Positions 8,586 through 16,827 are shown, numbered from the stretch's first letter. The stretch: 29,432 nucleotides of DNA from Minisyncoccota bacterium (GCA_035553815.1 DATMJP010000003.1:1-29432), one strand, 5' to 3'. A program made the numbers and translations. Notes: generated by a model from the letters alone, not told the origin.

Positions 8586-9392
8586 ATGGCAGAACCAACA
8601 CTCGAGGACAGCATTGAGATACTTCTTGAACGTGTTCCAAAACCGGTACGTGATTTCGTGCTGACCGATCTTTCCCAGACCGTACAAGCACTCATGGGGA
8701 AGCACAACCTTCACGTAGACCAGGGTGGACTGCTGCAGCGAGAGCTTCTCCTCATGCTTCTTGGCCAAGAGGAACCCGCAGATTTCATGAAGGAGCTTCG
8801 TGCTGCTGGAATCGAGGAGCAAACCGTACAGGCACTTATTACGGATATTAATGAGATCGTATTCAAGCCACTCCGAAAGAAGGAGCAGGAGGGAGGTGCT
8901 ACGGATCCAGCTCCTTCACCGCAGCCAGCACCACAAGCGCCATCAACTCCTGATGTTCCATTAGATGTGCGCGGTGTCCGCACCATGCAGGCAGACGTGC
9001 AAAGCGCGTCAGAAGCACCACAACCACCGCCTCAGCAGCCTGTGTGGCAGGCGCCACAGTATGCACATCCTGCGTATCCGCCAATGCAGCCTGTATATAC
9101 GCCGTATCCGCCGCCTTATATGCCTATGCCGCCTCAGCAGCAGACGTACTGGGTGCCCGTATCTGTAGCGGGGCAGCCACAACCATATCCTTATCCGCCC
9201 CAGCAAGCCCCTGTACAGCAGCAAGTTCCAGAACCTCCTAAGCCGGAACCTGTTGCACCTCCTACTCCTGAACCAACGCCACCCCCTGCATGGACTCCGC
9301 CACCTGTTCCGCCGCAACCACAGTACGCGCCACCTCCGCAGGTTCCGCTTACAAAAGAATTCGGTGCGGATCCATATCGTGAACCCATCTAG
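8586..9392 (+). CDS. Hypothetical protein: helical N-domain, long Pro/Gln-rich linker, terminal DPYREPI peptide
   Basis: About 100 aa of helical sequence, then low-complexity PQ/PP runs to the end. ATG 8586 is preferred over GTG 8565, which overlaps the -10 box. Confidence 0.75.
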   Translation: MAEPTLEDSIEILLERVPKPVRDFVLTDLSQTVQALMGKHNLHVDQGGLLQRELLLMLLGQEEPADFMKELRAAGIEEQTVQALITDINEIVFKPLRKKEQEGGATDPAPSPQPAPQAPSTPDVPLDVRGVRTMQADVQSASEAPQPPPQQPVWQAPQYAHPAYPPMQPVYTPYPPPYMPMPPQQQTYWVPVSVAGQPQPYPYPPQQAPVQQQVPEPPKPEPVAPPTPEPTPPPAWTPPPVPPQPQYAPPPQVPLTKEFGADPYREPI

Positions 9393-9406
9393 TTTGAGAG
9401 GAGTGT

Positions 9407-9415
9407 TGGTATACT
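9407..9415 (+). promoter_or_regulatory. Extended -10 element of prgI-virB4
   Basis: TG-G-TATACT, 7 nt, ATG at 9423. Confidence 0.65.
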
Positions 9416-9422
9416 GTTAGCA

Positions 9423-9830
9423 ATGGAGTACCAGGTACCGCAGTTCATCGAAGTTGAGGAGAAAATATTCGGACCGCTCTCAATAAAGCAGTTCGTATAC
9501 ATTGCTGGCGGACTTGGTATCTGCGTCGTGCTCGTGCTCTATCTTCCGCGCATCATTGGCGTAGCGCTTGCAATTCCGCTCGGCATCTTTACCTTCGCGC
9601 TTGCGTTCTACCGAATCAACAACAAGCCATTCATTGAGATACTTGAAGCGGGATTCAATTACTACCTCGGCGGCAGACTCTATATATGGAAGAGGGAAGA
9701 GAAGCGGCCGGAAGATATTCCTGCTGCGCCCGCTACACCTGCAGTAGAAGTACGTGAGAAGCTCGGCCTCTCGCAGAACAAGCTCCATGAGCTTGCATGG
9801 TCGCTTGATATTAAGGATACCCAGCAATAA
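9423..9830 (+). CDS. PrgI-family (VirB3-like) membrane protein
   Basis: N-terminal VPQFIEVEEKIFGPLSIKQF resembles the PrgI signature. Two adjacent TM helices; immediately upstream of the virB4-like genes. Confidence 0.8.
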   Translation: MEYQVPQFIEVEEKIFGPLSIKQFVYIAGGLGICVVLVLYLPRIIGVALAIPLGIFTFALAFYRINNKPFIEILEAGFNYYLGGRLYIWKREEKRPEDIPAAPATPAVEVREKLGLSQNKLHELAWSLDIKDTQQ

Positions 9831-9831
9831 C

Positions 9832-10467
9832 ATGCCCGCAACCAAAGCCGCCCAGTCATTTGTGCCTGTTAAAGAAATTCGCAACGGCGTTGTGATGCTC
9901 AAGAATGGCGGGTACCGGGGCATTCTTATGTGCTCTTCGATCAACTTCGCGCTGAAGTCCGAAGACGAGCAGCGCGCTATCATCGGCGGCTTCCAGAACT
10001 TCCTCAATACGCTCGATTTCTCGGTTGAAATCGTAGTGCACTCCCGCAAGATGGACATTCGCCCGTATCTTGCGCTTCTTGAGGAGCGTATGGAGTCACA
10101 GTCTTCCGAACTTATGCGCATTCAGCTGCGCGAATACATTCAGTTCATCCGTTCATTCATTGAGGGCTCTGAGATCATGACTAAGCTTTTCTATGTTGTT
10201 GTTCCGTATGATGCGGCACCGGCAAGCGAAGTGGCGAGCGCACTCCCATTCCTCCCGAAGAGCAAGGCCAACACGCCCGTCGATATGGGATCTGACGCGT
10301 TTGCTGAGTATCGCGCGCAGCTTGAGCAGCGCATGGCGCTTGTCGCAAGCGCGCTCGCTGGAAGCGGCGTGCGCGCCGTGCCTCTTGGCACCGAAGAGAT
10401 CATTGAGCTCTTGTATCGTTCATTTAATCCAAGCGAGCATGAGAACCCTATCCGGCTTCAGCAATAA
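9832..10467 (+). CDS. VirB4 N-terminal-domain-like protein (stand-alone half of a split VirB4/TraE)
   Basis: AQSFVPVKEIRNG...SINFALKSEDEQRAII..FQNFLNTLDFSVEI...GVRAVPLGTEEIIELLY..FNP resembles the N-terminal region of Firmicutes conjugative VirB4 (TraE/CD1110-type) as remembered. ATG 9832 lies 1 nt after the prgI stop; the ORF-track start 9754 overlaps prgI. Confidence 0.65.
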   Translation: MPATKAAQSFVPVKEIRNGVVMLKNGGYRGILMCSSINFALKSEDEQRAIIGGFQNFLNTLDFSVEIVVHSRKMDIRPYLALLEERMESQSSELMRIQLREYIQFIRSFIEGSEIMTKLFYVVVPYDAAPASEVASALPFLPKSKANTPVDMGSDAFAEYRAQLEQRMALVASALAGSGVRAVPLGTEEIIELLYRSFNPSEHENPIRLQQ

Positions 10468-10470
10468 CGT

Positions 10471-12294
10471 ATGGCACTAAGCGATTTCTTCAACAAGCGA
10501 AACAGCAGCGAAGAGCCGGCACTCACTCCGGTTCTCCCGCAGGACATTTATGCAGCAGGCGAACTCGATCTTGCTGACACCATTGCGCCGGCAGCGCTTA
10601 AGGTTGGCTCGCGCGAGCTTGAGATCGGTGAGAAGTTTTCCCGCTCGTTTTACACAATCTCCTATCCGCGCTTCCTTTCTGACAGCTGGTTTACCCCGAT
10701 CATTAACCTCTCAAAGCAATTGGATGTTGCGATCTTTATTCATCCTCTTGAAACCGGCATTGTAATGCGCAACTTCCAGAAGAAGGTTGCCGAGGTACAG
10801 AGCCAGATTGCTGAAAGGGAAGAGAAGGGTCTCGTGCGCGATCCTATGCTTGATACCGCATACCGCGACCTTGAAGATCTGCGCGATCAGCTGCAACAGG
10901 CACAGGAGCGCCTCTTTGAAGTCGGCCTCTACATAACGATCTACGGCTCAACGAAAGAGGATTTGGATAAGATAGAGTCTGAGATCCGCGGCATTCTTGA
11001 CGCGAAGCTTGTGTACACCAAGCCAGCACTCTTTCAGCAGGAACAGGGCTTCCGCTCGACGCTTCCGCTCATGAGCGATGAGCTGGCATCCCATTCAAAA
11101 CTCAACTCTTCACCGCTTTCTTCCTTGTTCCCATTTGTATCGTTTGATCTTACAAGCGACCGCGGCATTCTTTACGGCATCAACCGCCACAATGCGTCAC
11201 TCGTGCTCTTTGACCGCTTCTCGATGGAGAACTACAACTCCGTGGTGTTTGCCAAGTCCGGTTCTGGTAAGTCATACGCCGTGAAGCTTGAGGTACTTCG
11301 CTCACTCATGTTCGATACGGACGTGATCGTGATTGATCCGGAGCGCGAGTACGAATACCTCGCGCAGGCAACCGGCGGACGCATCTTCAATATCTCGCTC
11401 TCGTCCGAACACCACATCAATCCGTTTGATCTTCCGCCAGTGAAAGACGATGAGGAGCCAGCAGATATCCTGCGCTCAAACATCATCAACCTCGTCGGCC
11501 TCTTCCGCATCATGCTCGGCGGCCTCACACCAGAGGAGGATGCGATTGTTGACCGCGCGATCACGGAAACCTATGCACTGAAAGACATCACGGGTGACGC
11601 AGACTTTACCGGCATCGAGCCACCGCTCCTGTCTGACTTTGAAAGCGTCTTGTCCGGCATGGAGGGAAGCGAGTCTTTGGTGCAGCGCCTTTCCAAATAC
11701 ACGCACGGAACCTGGTCCGGCTTTATAAACCGCCCCACAAATGTTGATATCAACAAGCAGTTGATCGTCTTCTCAGTGCGTGATATGGAGGACGAGCTGA
11801 AGCCGGTCGCGATGTATATCATCACGCACTACATCTGGAATGCAGTGCGCCATGAATTGAAGAAGCGCCTCCTTGTTATCGACGAGGCGTGGTGGATGAT
11901 GAAGTCTGACGATACTGCATCCTTCCTCTACTCAATGGCCAAGCGCGGCCGTAAGTACTACCTCGGCCTTGCAACGATTACGCAGGACGTAGAAGACTTC
12001 TTGAGAAGTCCGTATGGCCGTCCGATCCTTACGAACTCATCGATCCAGCTTCTCTTGAAGCAGTCTCCGACGACGATTGATGTGCTCAAAGAGACCTTTA
12101 ATCTGACCGACGAGGAGAAGTACCTGCTCCTTGAGTCTGGGGTGGGCGAGGGCCTCTTCTTTGCCGGCCTTAAGCATGTGGCAATTAAGATTGTTGCGTC
12201 CTACACCGAAGACCAGATCATCACCTCAGACCCTTCCCAGCTTCTTGCAATTCGCAAAGAGAAAGACCGTCTGGAAGGAGGCCAAGGTACCTAG
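10471..12294 (+). CDS. virB4: VirB4/TraC-family ATPase (607 aa)
   Basis: Walker A FAKSGSGKS, VIVIDPEREY, HINPFD, Walker B LLVIDEAWW, KRGRKY, ITQ and LLLKQ motifs. Confidence 0.9.
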   Translation: MALSDFFNKRNSSEEPALTPVLPQDIYAAGELDLADTIAPAALKVGSRELEIGEKFSRSFYTISYPRFLSDSWFTPIINLSKQLDVAIFIHPLETGIVMRNFQKKVAEVQSQIAEREEKGLVRDPMLDTAYRDLEDLRDQLQQAQERLFEVGLYITIYGSTKEDLDKIESEIRGILDAKLVYTKPALFQQEQGFRSTLPLMSDELASHSKLNSSPLSSLFPFVSFDLTSDRGILYGINRHNASLVLFDRFSMENYNSVVFAKSGSGKSYAVKLEVLRSLMFDTDVIVIDPEREYEYLAQATGGRIFNISLSSEHHINPFDLPPVKDDEEPADILRSNIINLVGLFRIMLGGLTPEEDAIVDRAITETYALKDITGDADFTGIEPPLLSDFESVLSGMEGSESLVQRLSKYTHGTWSGFINRPTNVDINKQLIVFSVRDMEDELKPVAMYIITHYIWNAVRHELKKRLLVIDEAWWMMKSDDTASFLYSMAKRGRKYYLGLATITQDVEDFLRSPYGRPILTNSSIQLLLKQSPTTIDVLKETFNLTDEEKYLLLESGVGEGLFFAGLKHVAIKIVASYTEDQIITSDPSQLLAIRKEKDRLEGGQGT

Positions 12295-12297
12295 CCT

Positions 12298-12801
12298 ATG
12301 GCTGAACTCGGATCACGCCTCCAGCAAGCAGAGACGGCACTCTTTGTAGCCGGTACGCTCAGAGAGATCCGCGCCATATTTAATGAAAAAGGTGAGAATT
12401 TTGACGCTGAAGACGCAAACGATGTCCTCAGAGATCCTCCTGAGCCAGTACACTTTCCATTTCTTATAGCAGGAATCTCTGCATTTAAAGATGTGACCGA
12501 TGCGCTTGATATGACTATCGCAGGCATTATCGTCACCACGCTTCTCTCAGTTTTTGTCTCACTCACGCTGTTCTTCTGGTTCTGGGGAAAGATGAAGGGC
12601 AGGTGGTGGAAGAAAGCAATGATGAAGTTTATAGTGCGGCGCTTCTTCCTCATGCTCGGTATTGAGCTGCTCCCATTCCTTAAGTTCATCCCTATGACGA
12701 CTATTTTCGTGCTTATGGCCCACTACAAGGAGAAGAAGATCGTGCGGCTTATGAACCTCGCGCTCGAGATCATGCACAAGCGGGGCATAGCACGCGCATA
12801 A
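12298..12801 (+). CDS. Hypothetical integral membrane protein
   Basis: 167 aa with 3-4 hydrophobic segments and a Lys/Arg/Trp-rich loop (WFWGKMKGRWWKK); 3 nt after the virB4 stop. Confidence 0.65.
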   Translation: MAELGSRLQQAETALFVAGTLREIRAIFNEKGENFDAEDANDVLRDPPEPVHFPFLIAGISAFKDVTDALDMTIAGIIVTTLLSVFVSLTLFFWFWGKMKGRWWKKAMMKFIVRRFFLMLGIELLPFLKFIPMTTIFVLMAHYKEKKIVRLMNLALEIMHKRGIARA

Positions 12802-12839
12802 TACCCAAACGCCGTAGGCTCACACCAAGTAGAGGGCGG

Positions 12840-12845
12840 TATACT
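12840..12845 (+). promoter_or_regulatory. -10 element
   Basis: TATACT, 6 nt, ATG at 12852. Confidence 0.55.
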
Positions 12846-12851
12846 ATACGC

Positions 12852-13835
12852 ATGCGATTGTTCGCGCTTTCTCTTATAGCAGCTCTTTTCTTCATTCCGT
12901 CATTGACGGCGGTTGCGCAGGGATTACCCACTACTGAGCCGCTCTCCGTCTCCATAAGCCCTCAGTACCCGCGCCCGTATCAGACCATCACCATTACGCC
13001 GCGCAGTTACGGCGTAAACCTTACTTCCAGTACGGTTGTTATTTCGGTTAACGGCACCGAGATTGAGCGTGGTTCAGGCCTCATCACCGGCTATGCGCGC
13101 CTTGGAGGCCCTGGGGAGCGCACCACGATACGTGTAAGTGTTACCACAAACGGCCAGACACAGCAGAGAGAAGTTATCGTGCGCCCGGCTGAAGTCGCAC
13201 TTGTAGCAGAGCCACTGACTACAACCCACCCATTTTATAAAGGGGCTCCGCTAGTAGCGTCTGAGGGGCGCGTCCGTCTCGTGGCTATTCCTGATATACG
13301 CACCGCTCCAGGCACCAGTGTTGCGCCACAGAATCTCGTCTACACCTGGCGCCTTGGCAACCGCATACTTGAATCTTCGTCCGGGATAGGGAAGTCCGTT
13401 ATCGATGCGGTTGCCCCTATTCGCTACCGAGACGCAACAGTCTCTGTGACGGTAACGTCGCAAGATAGTACCCTCGTTGCATACGCTGAGACCGTAGTGG
13501 CACCGGTCGACCCAATAATACGCATCTATCGCAATGATCCACTACTCGGCCCACTCTTCGATACCGCATTCAGTGGGGAGGTGGTTATGAGCACTGAAGA
13601 GGAGACGTTCCGCGCGGTACCGTACTACTTTGGAAGCACGCCCGCAGTCACCTGGACGATGAATTCGATTGAGAGCGGATACGATAAGGACATCACGGTG
13701 CGCTCTACGGGTGCTGGTATCGGTTCGGCAATTCTAGCAGCAAGCGCTAGGGGCTCGCTCCTGTTCCAGAGTGCAGAGAGCATGCTCACAGTCCGTTTTG
13801 GTGAGCTGCGCCCACTTGGCATATTTGGTCTATAA
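12852..13835 (+). CDS. Secreted beta-rich (Ig-like/PKD-like) protein
   Basis: Signal peptide ending AVA-Q, and about three modules of alternating beta-strand sequence with LVYTW/AVTW-type motifs typical of Ig-fold repeats. Confidence 0.65.
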   Translation: MRLFALSLIAALFFIPSLTAVAQGLPTTEPLSVSISPQYPRPYQTITITPRSYGVNLTSSTVVISVNGTEIERGSGLITGYARLGGPGERTTIRVSVTTNGQTQQREVIVRPAEVALVAEPLTTTHPFYKGAPLVASEGRVRLVAIPDIRTAPGTSVAPQNLVYTWRLGNRILESSSGIGKSVIDAVAPIRYRDATVSVTVTSQDSTLVAYAETVVAPVDPIIRIYRNDPLLGPLFDTAFSGEVVMSTEEETFRAVPYYFGSTPAVTWTMNSIESGYDKDITVRSTGAGIGSAILAASARGSLLFQSAESMLTVRFGELRPLGIFGL

Positions 13836-13837
13836 CT

Positions 13838-14815
13838 ATGAGCTACCGCACCTTCGCACTTATCCTTCACCTCATCCTGCTTGGCGGCATTGCGCTGCCG
13901 AGCATTGCTTTTGCACAAGGCTTTGTGCCTCTTACGAATCTCCCAGGCCTTTCTGATTTTGAGCAGTCTCCTGATCTGCCTGCGTTCCTTAACAGCCTCT
14001 ACAAGATCTGTATCGGTGTGGCAGCGACGCTTGCAGTATTCCAAATCATGCATGCTGGTATTAAGTTCATGACCAACAAGGGCAGTGTTTCTGAAAACGA
14101 GCAGGCAAAAGATCTCATCCGTGGTGCTGTGCTCGGTCTCTTGCTTGTGCTTTCCCCGGTCATTGTATTTGGCATCATTAATCCAAAGATTCTTGAGCTT
14201 GATCTTGATGTGTCGAGGCTTGAGTCTGAGATTGCGGTTCCTGAAGATGATCCTACAACCGGAGGAACGGGAGGTGATACAACGGGAGGAACAGGTGGCG
14301 ACTCCGCTGGAAGCTGGTCCTTGGTGGGGGCAGTGTACAGACCAAGCGCTGAGGCGGCAGGACAGTGGCTTGATCAGTACTGTCAGAACAACCAGGTTCC
14401 TGCGAATGTACAAGACATAGTAGCTGAGCGCGGCAGAGATGTATCTGGTGCCGTAGATTGTCCTATAGGAGTGCAGGGAACGGCCAACTGCAACACCGCA
14501 GGTAAGACCTACATCGCGCGATGCGAGAGCGATTCAAAAGACTTCAGAGTATTCCGAGATCGTTCATGGGCCAATCAATGGAATCCTACTAACTGGTTTG
14601 ATACCGAGTGGGTAGCTATTCCAGGCAAGGATAAGGAACTGTTTGATAGATTCAGCAGCATCTGCACCGCTGAGAGAGGGAGGATAAACATCGAATCAGA
14701 CAGGGACTTCAACCTCTTAACGGTAGCGAGCTCAGGTTGTAGCGCTGATGAGCGGGAGCGCATGGGGGAGGGCAATTGGATGTGTGTCGAAGCGCGCGCA
14801 ATATGCGAAAGCTAA
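13838..14815 (+). CDS. TrbC/VirB2-like T4SS pilin with a C-terminal Cys-rich domain
   Basis: Signal peptide ending AFA-Q; pilin core LYKICIGVAATLAVFQIMHAGIKFMT.KG....EQAKDLIRGAVLGLLLVLSPVIVFGIINP; G/T linker; then about 160 aa with 8 Cys. Confidence 0.75.
   Translation: MSYRTFALILHLILLGGIALPSIAFAQGFVPLTNLPGLSDFEQSPDLPAFLNSLYKICIGVAATLAVFQIMHAGIKFMTNKGSVSENEQAKDLIRGAVLGLLLVLSPVIVFGIINPKILELDLDVSRLESEIAVPEDDPTTGGTGGDTTGGTGGDSAGSWSLVGAVYRPSAEAAGQWLDQYCQNNQVPANVQDIVAERGRDVSGAVDCPIGVQGTANCNTAGKTYIARCESDSKDFRVFRDRSWANQWNPTNWFDTEWVAIPGKDKELFDRFSSICTAERGRINIESDRDFNLLTVASSGCSADERERMGEGNWMCVEARAICES
14255..14302 (+). repeat. 2 x 24-nt tandem repeat encoding TTGGTGGD
   Basis: ACAACCGGAGGAACGGGAGGTGAT / ACAACGGGAGGAACAGGTGGCGAC; all 5 differences are synonymous third positions. 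Confidence 0.8.
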
Positions 14816-14823
14816 CTTAGTAC

Positions 14824-14829
14824 TATACT
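14824..14829 (+). promoter_or_regulatory. -10 element
   Basis: TATACT, 6 nt, ATG at 14836. Confidence 0.55.
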
Positions 14830-14835
14830 TTCTTT

Positions 14836-16047
14836 ATGCGCCGCATCTTTCTCATCGTCCTAGGCAGCATCGTCCTCATCGGTATCGGTCTTGCTGCATA
14901 TTTCTTCTTCTTCGCACCCAAGGGTCCGGCTCTAGAAGTTTCAGACGGTAACTTTTTTGGCAGCGCGGGAGACGCGCCTGTCGGTCTTGGCGACACCGGG
15001 GAAGGAGACGGCCCTGTTCCTGCCGGTGAAGAGTTTGCGCCTCGATTGATTCGCATTACTGAAGGGCCAGTAGCGCTCGGCGCCGTATCTGTCGCGCTTC
15101 CTTCACAGGCCGAGACTGCCTCAGGTACGCCCGCAGTCCCAGGCGATACTGAAGTTCGCTATATAGACCGCGCGAGCGGCAATGTGTACTCGTATAAGTT
15201 TCATGAGCGCTCGCTCTCACGTATCTCAAATCGCACACTTCCAGGAATCCAGGAGGCGGCGTGGCTTTCTGATGGCTCAACGGCATTTACCCGCTTCTTA
15301 GTGAATGACGCAAATGGCGAACATGTAGCAACCTATGCACTGCCTGCAACAGGTGAGGGCGGCTACTTCCTTGACCGCGGGATTGAGCAGGTGGCGGTAA
15401 GCGGCACGACAACGATATTTACACTTCTTTCTTCATCAGCAGGATCGGTTGGCACCGTCGCAAATCCAGACGGCTCCAATCCACGCACACTCTTCACGTC
15501 GAACCTCTCCAACGTGATCGTACATCTCTCGAATGGTCCGTTTATTGCTGCGACCAAACCTTCTTCTGGCTTAGATGGTTATGCATTTACCGTCGGCAGT
15601 ACCGGAACCTTCACACGCATTCTCGGCCCCTTCCGTGGACTATCAGTCCTGCCAAGCCCTTCAAGCAACTACGTGCTCTTCAGTTTTGTAGAGAACCGCG
15701 TCCTTAAGCTCTCGCTACTTGATCGCAGGACAGGAACCGTTATCGCGCTACCATTGAGCACGCTCGCTGAAAAGTGTGTATGGGAGAACGGGGAACAGGG
15801 CTTTTACTGCGGCGTGCCGCAGGGCCCTACAGGAAACCTGCCTGACGATTGGCACCAGGGCGTTGCCTCGTTCAGAGATCGGTTGTGGCGTATTGATGTT
15901 GCAGGACGCGTTGCAACGTACGTCATCAATCCCTCAACAGAAGCGAGCGTTGATATCGACATGGTAGGACTCGCGCTCGATGGAAGGAACGATGTGCTTG
16001 TTTTCAAGAATAAGAAAGACGGATCGCTCTGGGCATACGATCTCTAA
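14836..16047 (+). CDS. Membrane-anchored beta-propeller-like protein
   Basis: N-terminal TM helix, Gly/Pro/acidic linker, then repeated short beta-strand blades with TolB/WD-like turns (AAWLSDGS, VLPSPSSNYVLFS, CVWENG, GLALDGRNDVLVF). The fold is inferred. Confidence 0.65.
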   Translation: MRRIFLIVLGSIVLIGIGLAAYFFFFAPKGPALEVSDGNFFGSAGDAPVGLGDTGEGDGPVPAGEEFAPRLIRITEGPVALGAVSVALPSQAETASGTPAVPGDTEVRYIDRASGNVYSYKFHERSLSRISNRTLPGIQEAAWLSDGSTAFTRFLVNDANGEHVATYALPATGEGGYFLDRGIEQVAVSGTTTIFTLLSSSAGSVGTVANPDGSNPRTLFTSNLSNVIVHLSNGPFIAATKPSSGLDGYAFTVGSTGTFTRILGPFRGLSVLPSPSSNYVLFSFVENRVLKLSLLDRRTGTVIALPLSTLAEKCVWENGEQGFYCGVPQGPTGNLPDDWHQGVASFRDRLWRIDVAGRVATYVINPSTEASVDIDMVGLALDGRNDVLVFKNKKDGSLWAYDL

Positions 16048-16080
16048 AGAAAAAGCCCCGCTTGTGCGGGGCTTTTTCTT
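16047..16080. terminator. Bidirectional intrinsic terminator between the cluster and yidC
   Basis: Perfect 15-bp inverted repeat AAGAAAAAGCCCCGC-TTGT-GCGGGGCTTTTTCTT between convergent stops. Confidence 0.9.
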
Positions 16081-16820
16081 TATGCTGCTACCGGCTCTTC
16101 AGCAATAGTTCGCTTAACAAAGAACTCCTGGAGAATGCCGACGATGTTGCTTGTAATGAAGTAGAGGGCCACGGCGCCTGAGGTGAACGCAACCGCGCCG
16201 ATAACGAAGGGAAGTACGTAGCGCGCCTGCACTGCCATTGCGCGTCCAAACTCCGCCTGCATCGCACCCTTATCCTGAAGCGAATTAGGGTCGCGCTTAG
16301 GAATTGGAATGGCAAAGTACGCCTGCACAAACTGAGTAGCAGCCGCAAGCACTGCAAGAATTATATTGTGGCCCGCAATGACAAAGAATCCGAGGAAAAG
16401 GGCAGAGAACGTGCCGGGATCATTCACGAATGAGTAGAGAATGTCAGGGTTTACCTGGCTCATCGACTCGCGCTGGAACACAAGGAAGAGTGTAATGAGC
16501 ACGGGAATCTGGATGAACATGCCGAGCATGCTTGAGAACGGCTTTACATTCTCTTCCTTGTAGAGGGCAAACATCATTTCCGCCTGCTTTTGCTTGTCGT
16601 CCTTGTAGGTTTCCTTGAGTTCCTTCAACTTAGGTTCAAGACGGCGCATTGCGCGCTGGGTCTTAAGCGCTGAGATGGAGAGGGGGAGGGTCACGAACTT
16701 TACGATGAGGGTGACGATGACGACCGCAAGACCGATATCAGCGCCCGGGAGGACGCCGACAAGGTAAATGAGGAGGTTATAGATCGGAATGTAGAGGTAC
16801 TCGTGGAAAAAGGAAATCAT
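16080..16820 (-). CDS. yidC: Membrane protein insertase YidC/Oxa1 (short form without large periplasmic domain)
   Basis: GLAVVIVTLIVKFVTLPL, P.LKELKE.YK.D.Q.Q....ALYKEE.V.P, IQIPVLI.LF, ALYFITSN; canonical position after rnpA. Confidence 0.92.
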   Translation of the reverse strand: MISFFHEYLYIPIYNLLIYLVGVLPGADIGLAVVIVTLIVKFVTLPLSISALKTQRAMRRLEPKLKELKETYKDDKQKQAEMMFALYKEENVKPFSSMLGMFIQIPVLITLFLVFQRESMSQVNPDILYSFVNDPGTFSALFLGFFVIAGHNIILAVLAAATQFVQAYFAIPIPKRDPNSLQDKGAMQAEFGRAMAVQARYVLPFVIGAVAFTSGAVALYFITSNIVGILQEFFVKRTIAEEPVAA

Positions 16821-16827
16821 GTGCTCT

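Larger units (their letters stand above)
3661..16047 (+). other. Chromosomal type IV secretion/conjugation-like gene cluster (11 co-directional genes)
   Basis: Recognisable PrgI (VirB3-like), VirB4 ATPase, VirB6/TrbL-like membrane protein and TrbC/VirB2-like pilin, plus secreted or membrane hypotheticals. Closed by a bidirectional terminator at 16047-16080. Confidence 0.8.

Noticed and set aside
4648-12300. Several cluster genes joined in frame across stop codons (4650/4654, 6090/6100, 10467/10471, 12294/12298), suggesting read-through polyproteins or a recoded stop
   Set aside because: Four of about ten junctions in frame is close to chance, the stops are mixed TAG/TAA, and downstream genes have their own signal peptides. 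Only the VirB4 case is kept.
1748-14413. Long antisense or alternate-frame ORFs (e.g. 1748-2338, 9480-10121, 13625-14413, 8711-8986)
   Set aside because: They are shadows of well-supported genes on the other strand or frame, with no motifs or start signals.
3661-16047. Integrative conjugative element or prophage
   Set aside because: No integrase, relaxase, flanking tRNA or att-like direct repeats seen; the promoter and codon style match the core genes.
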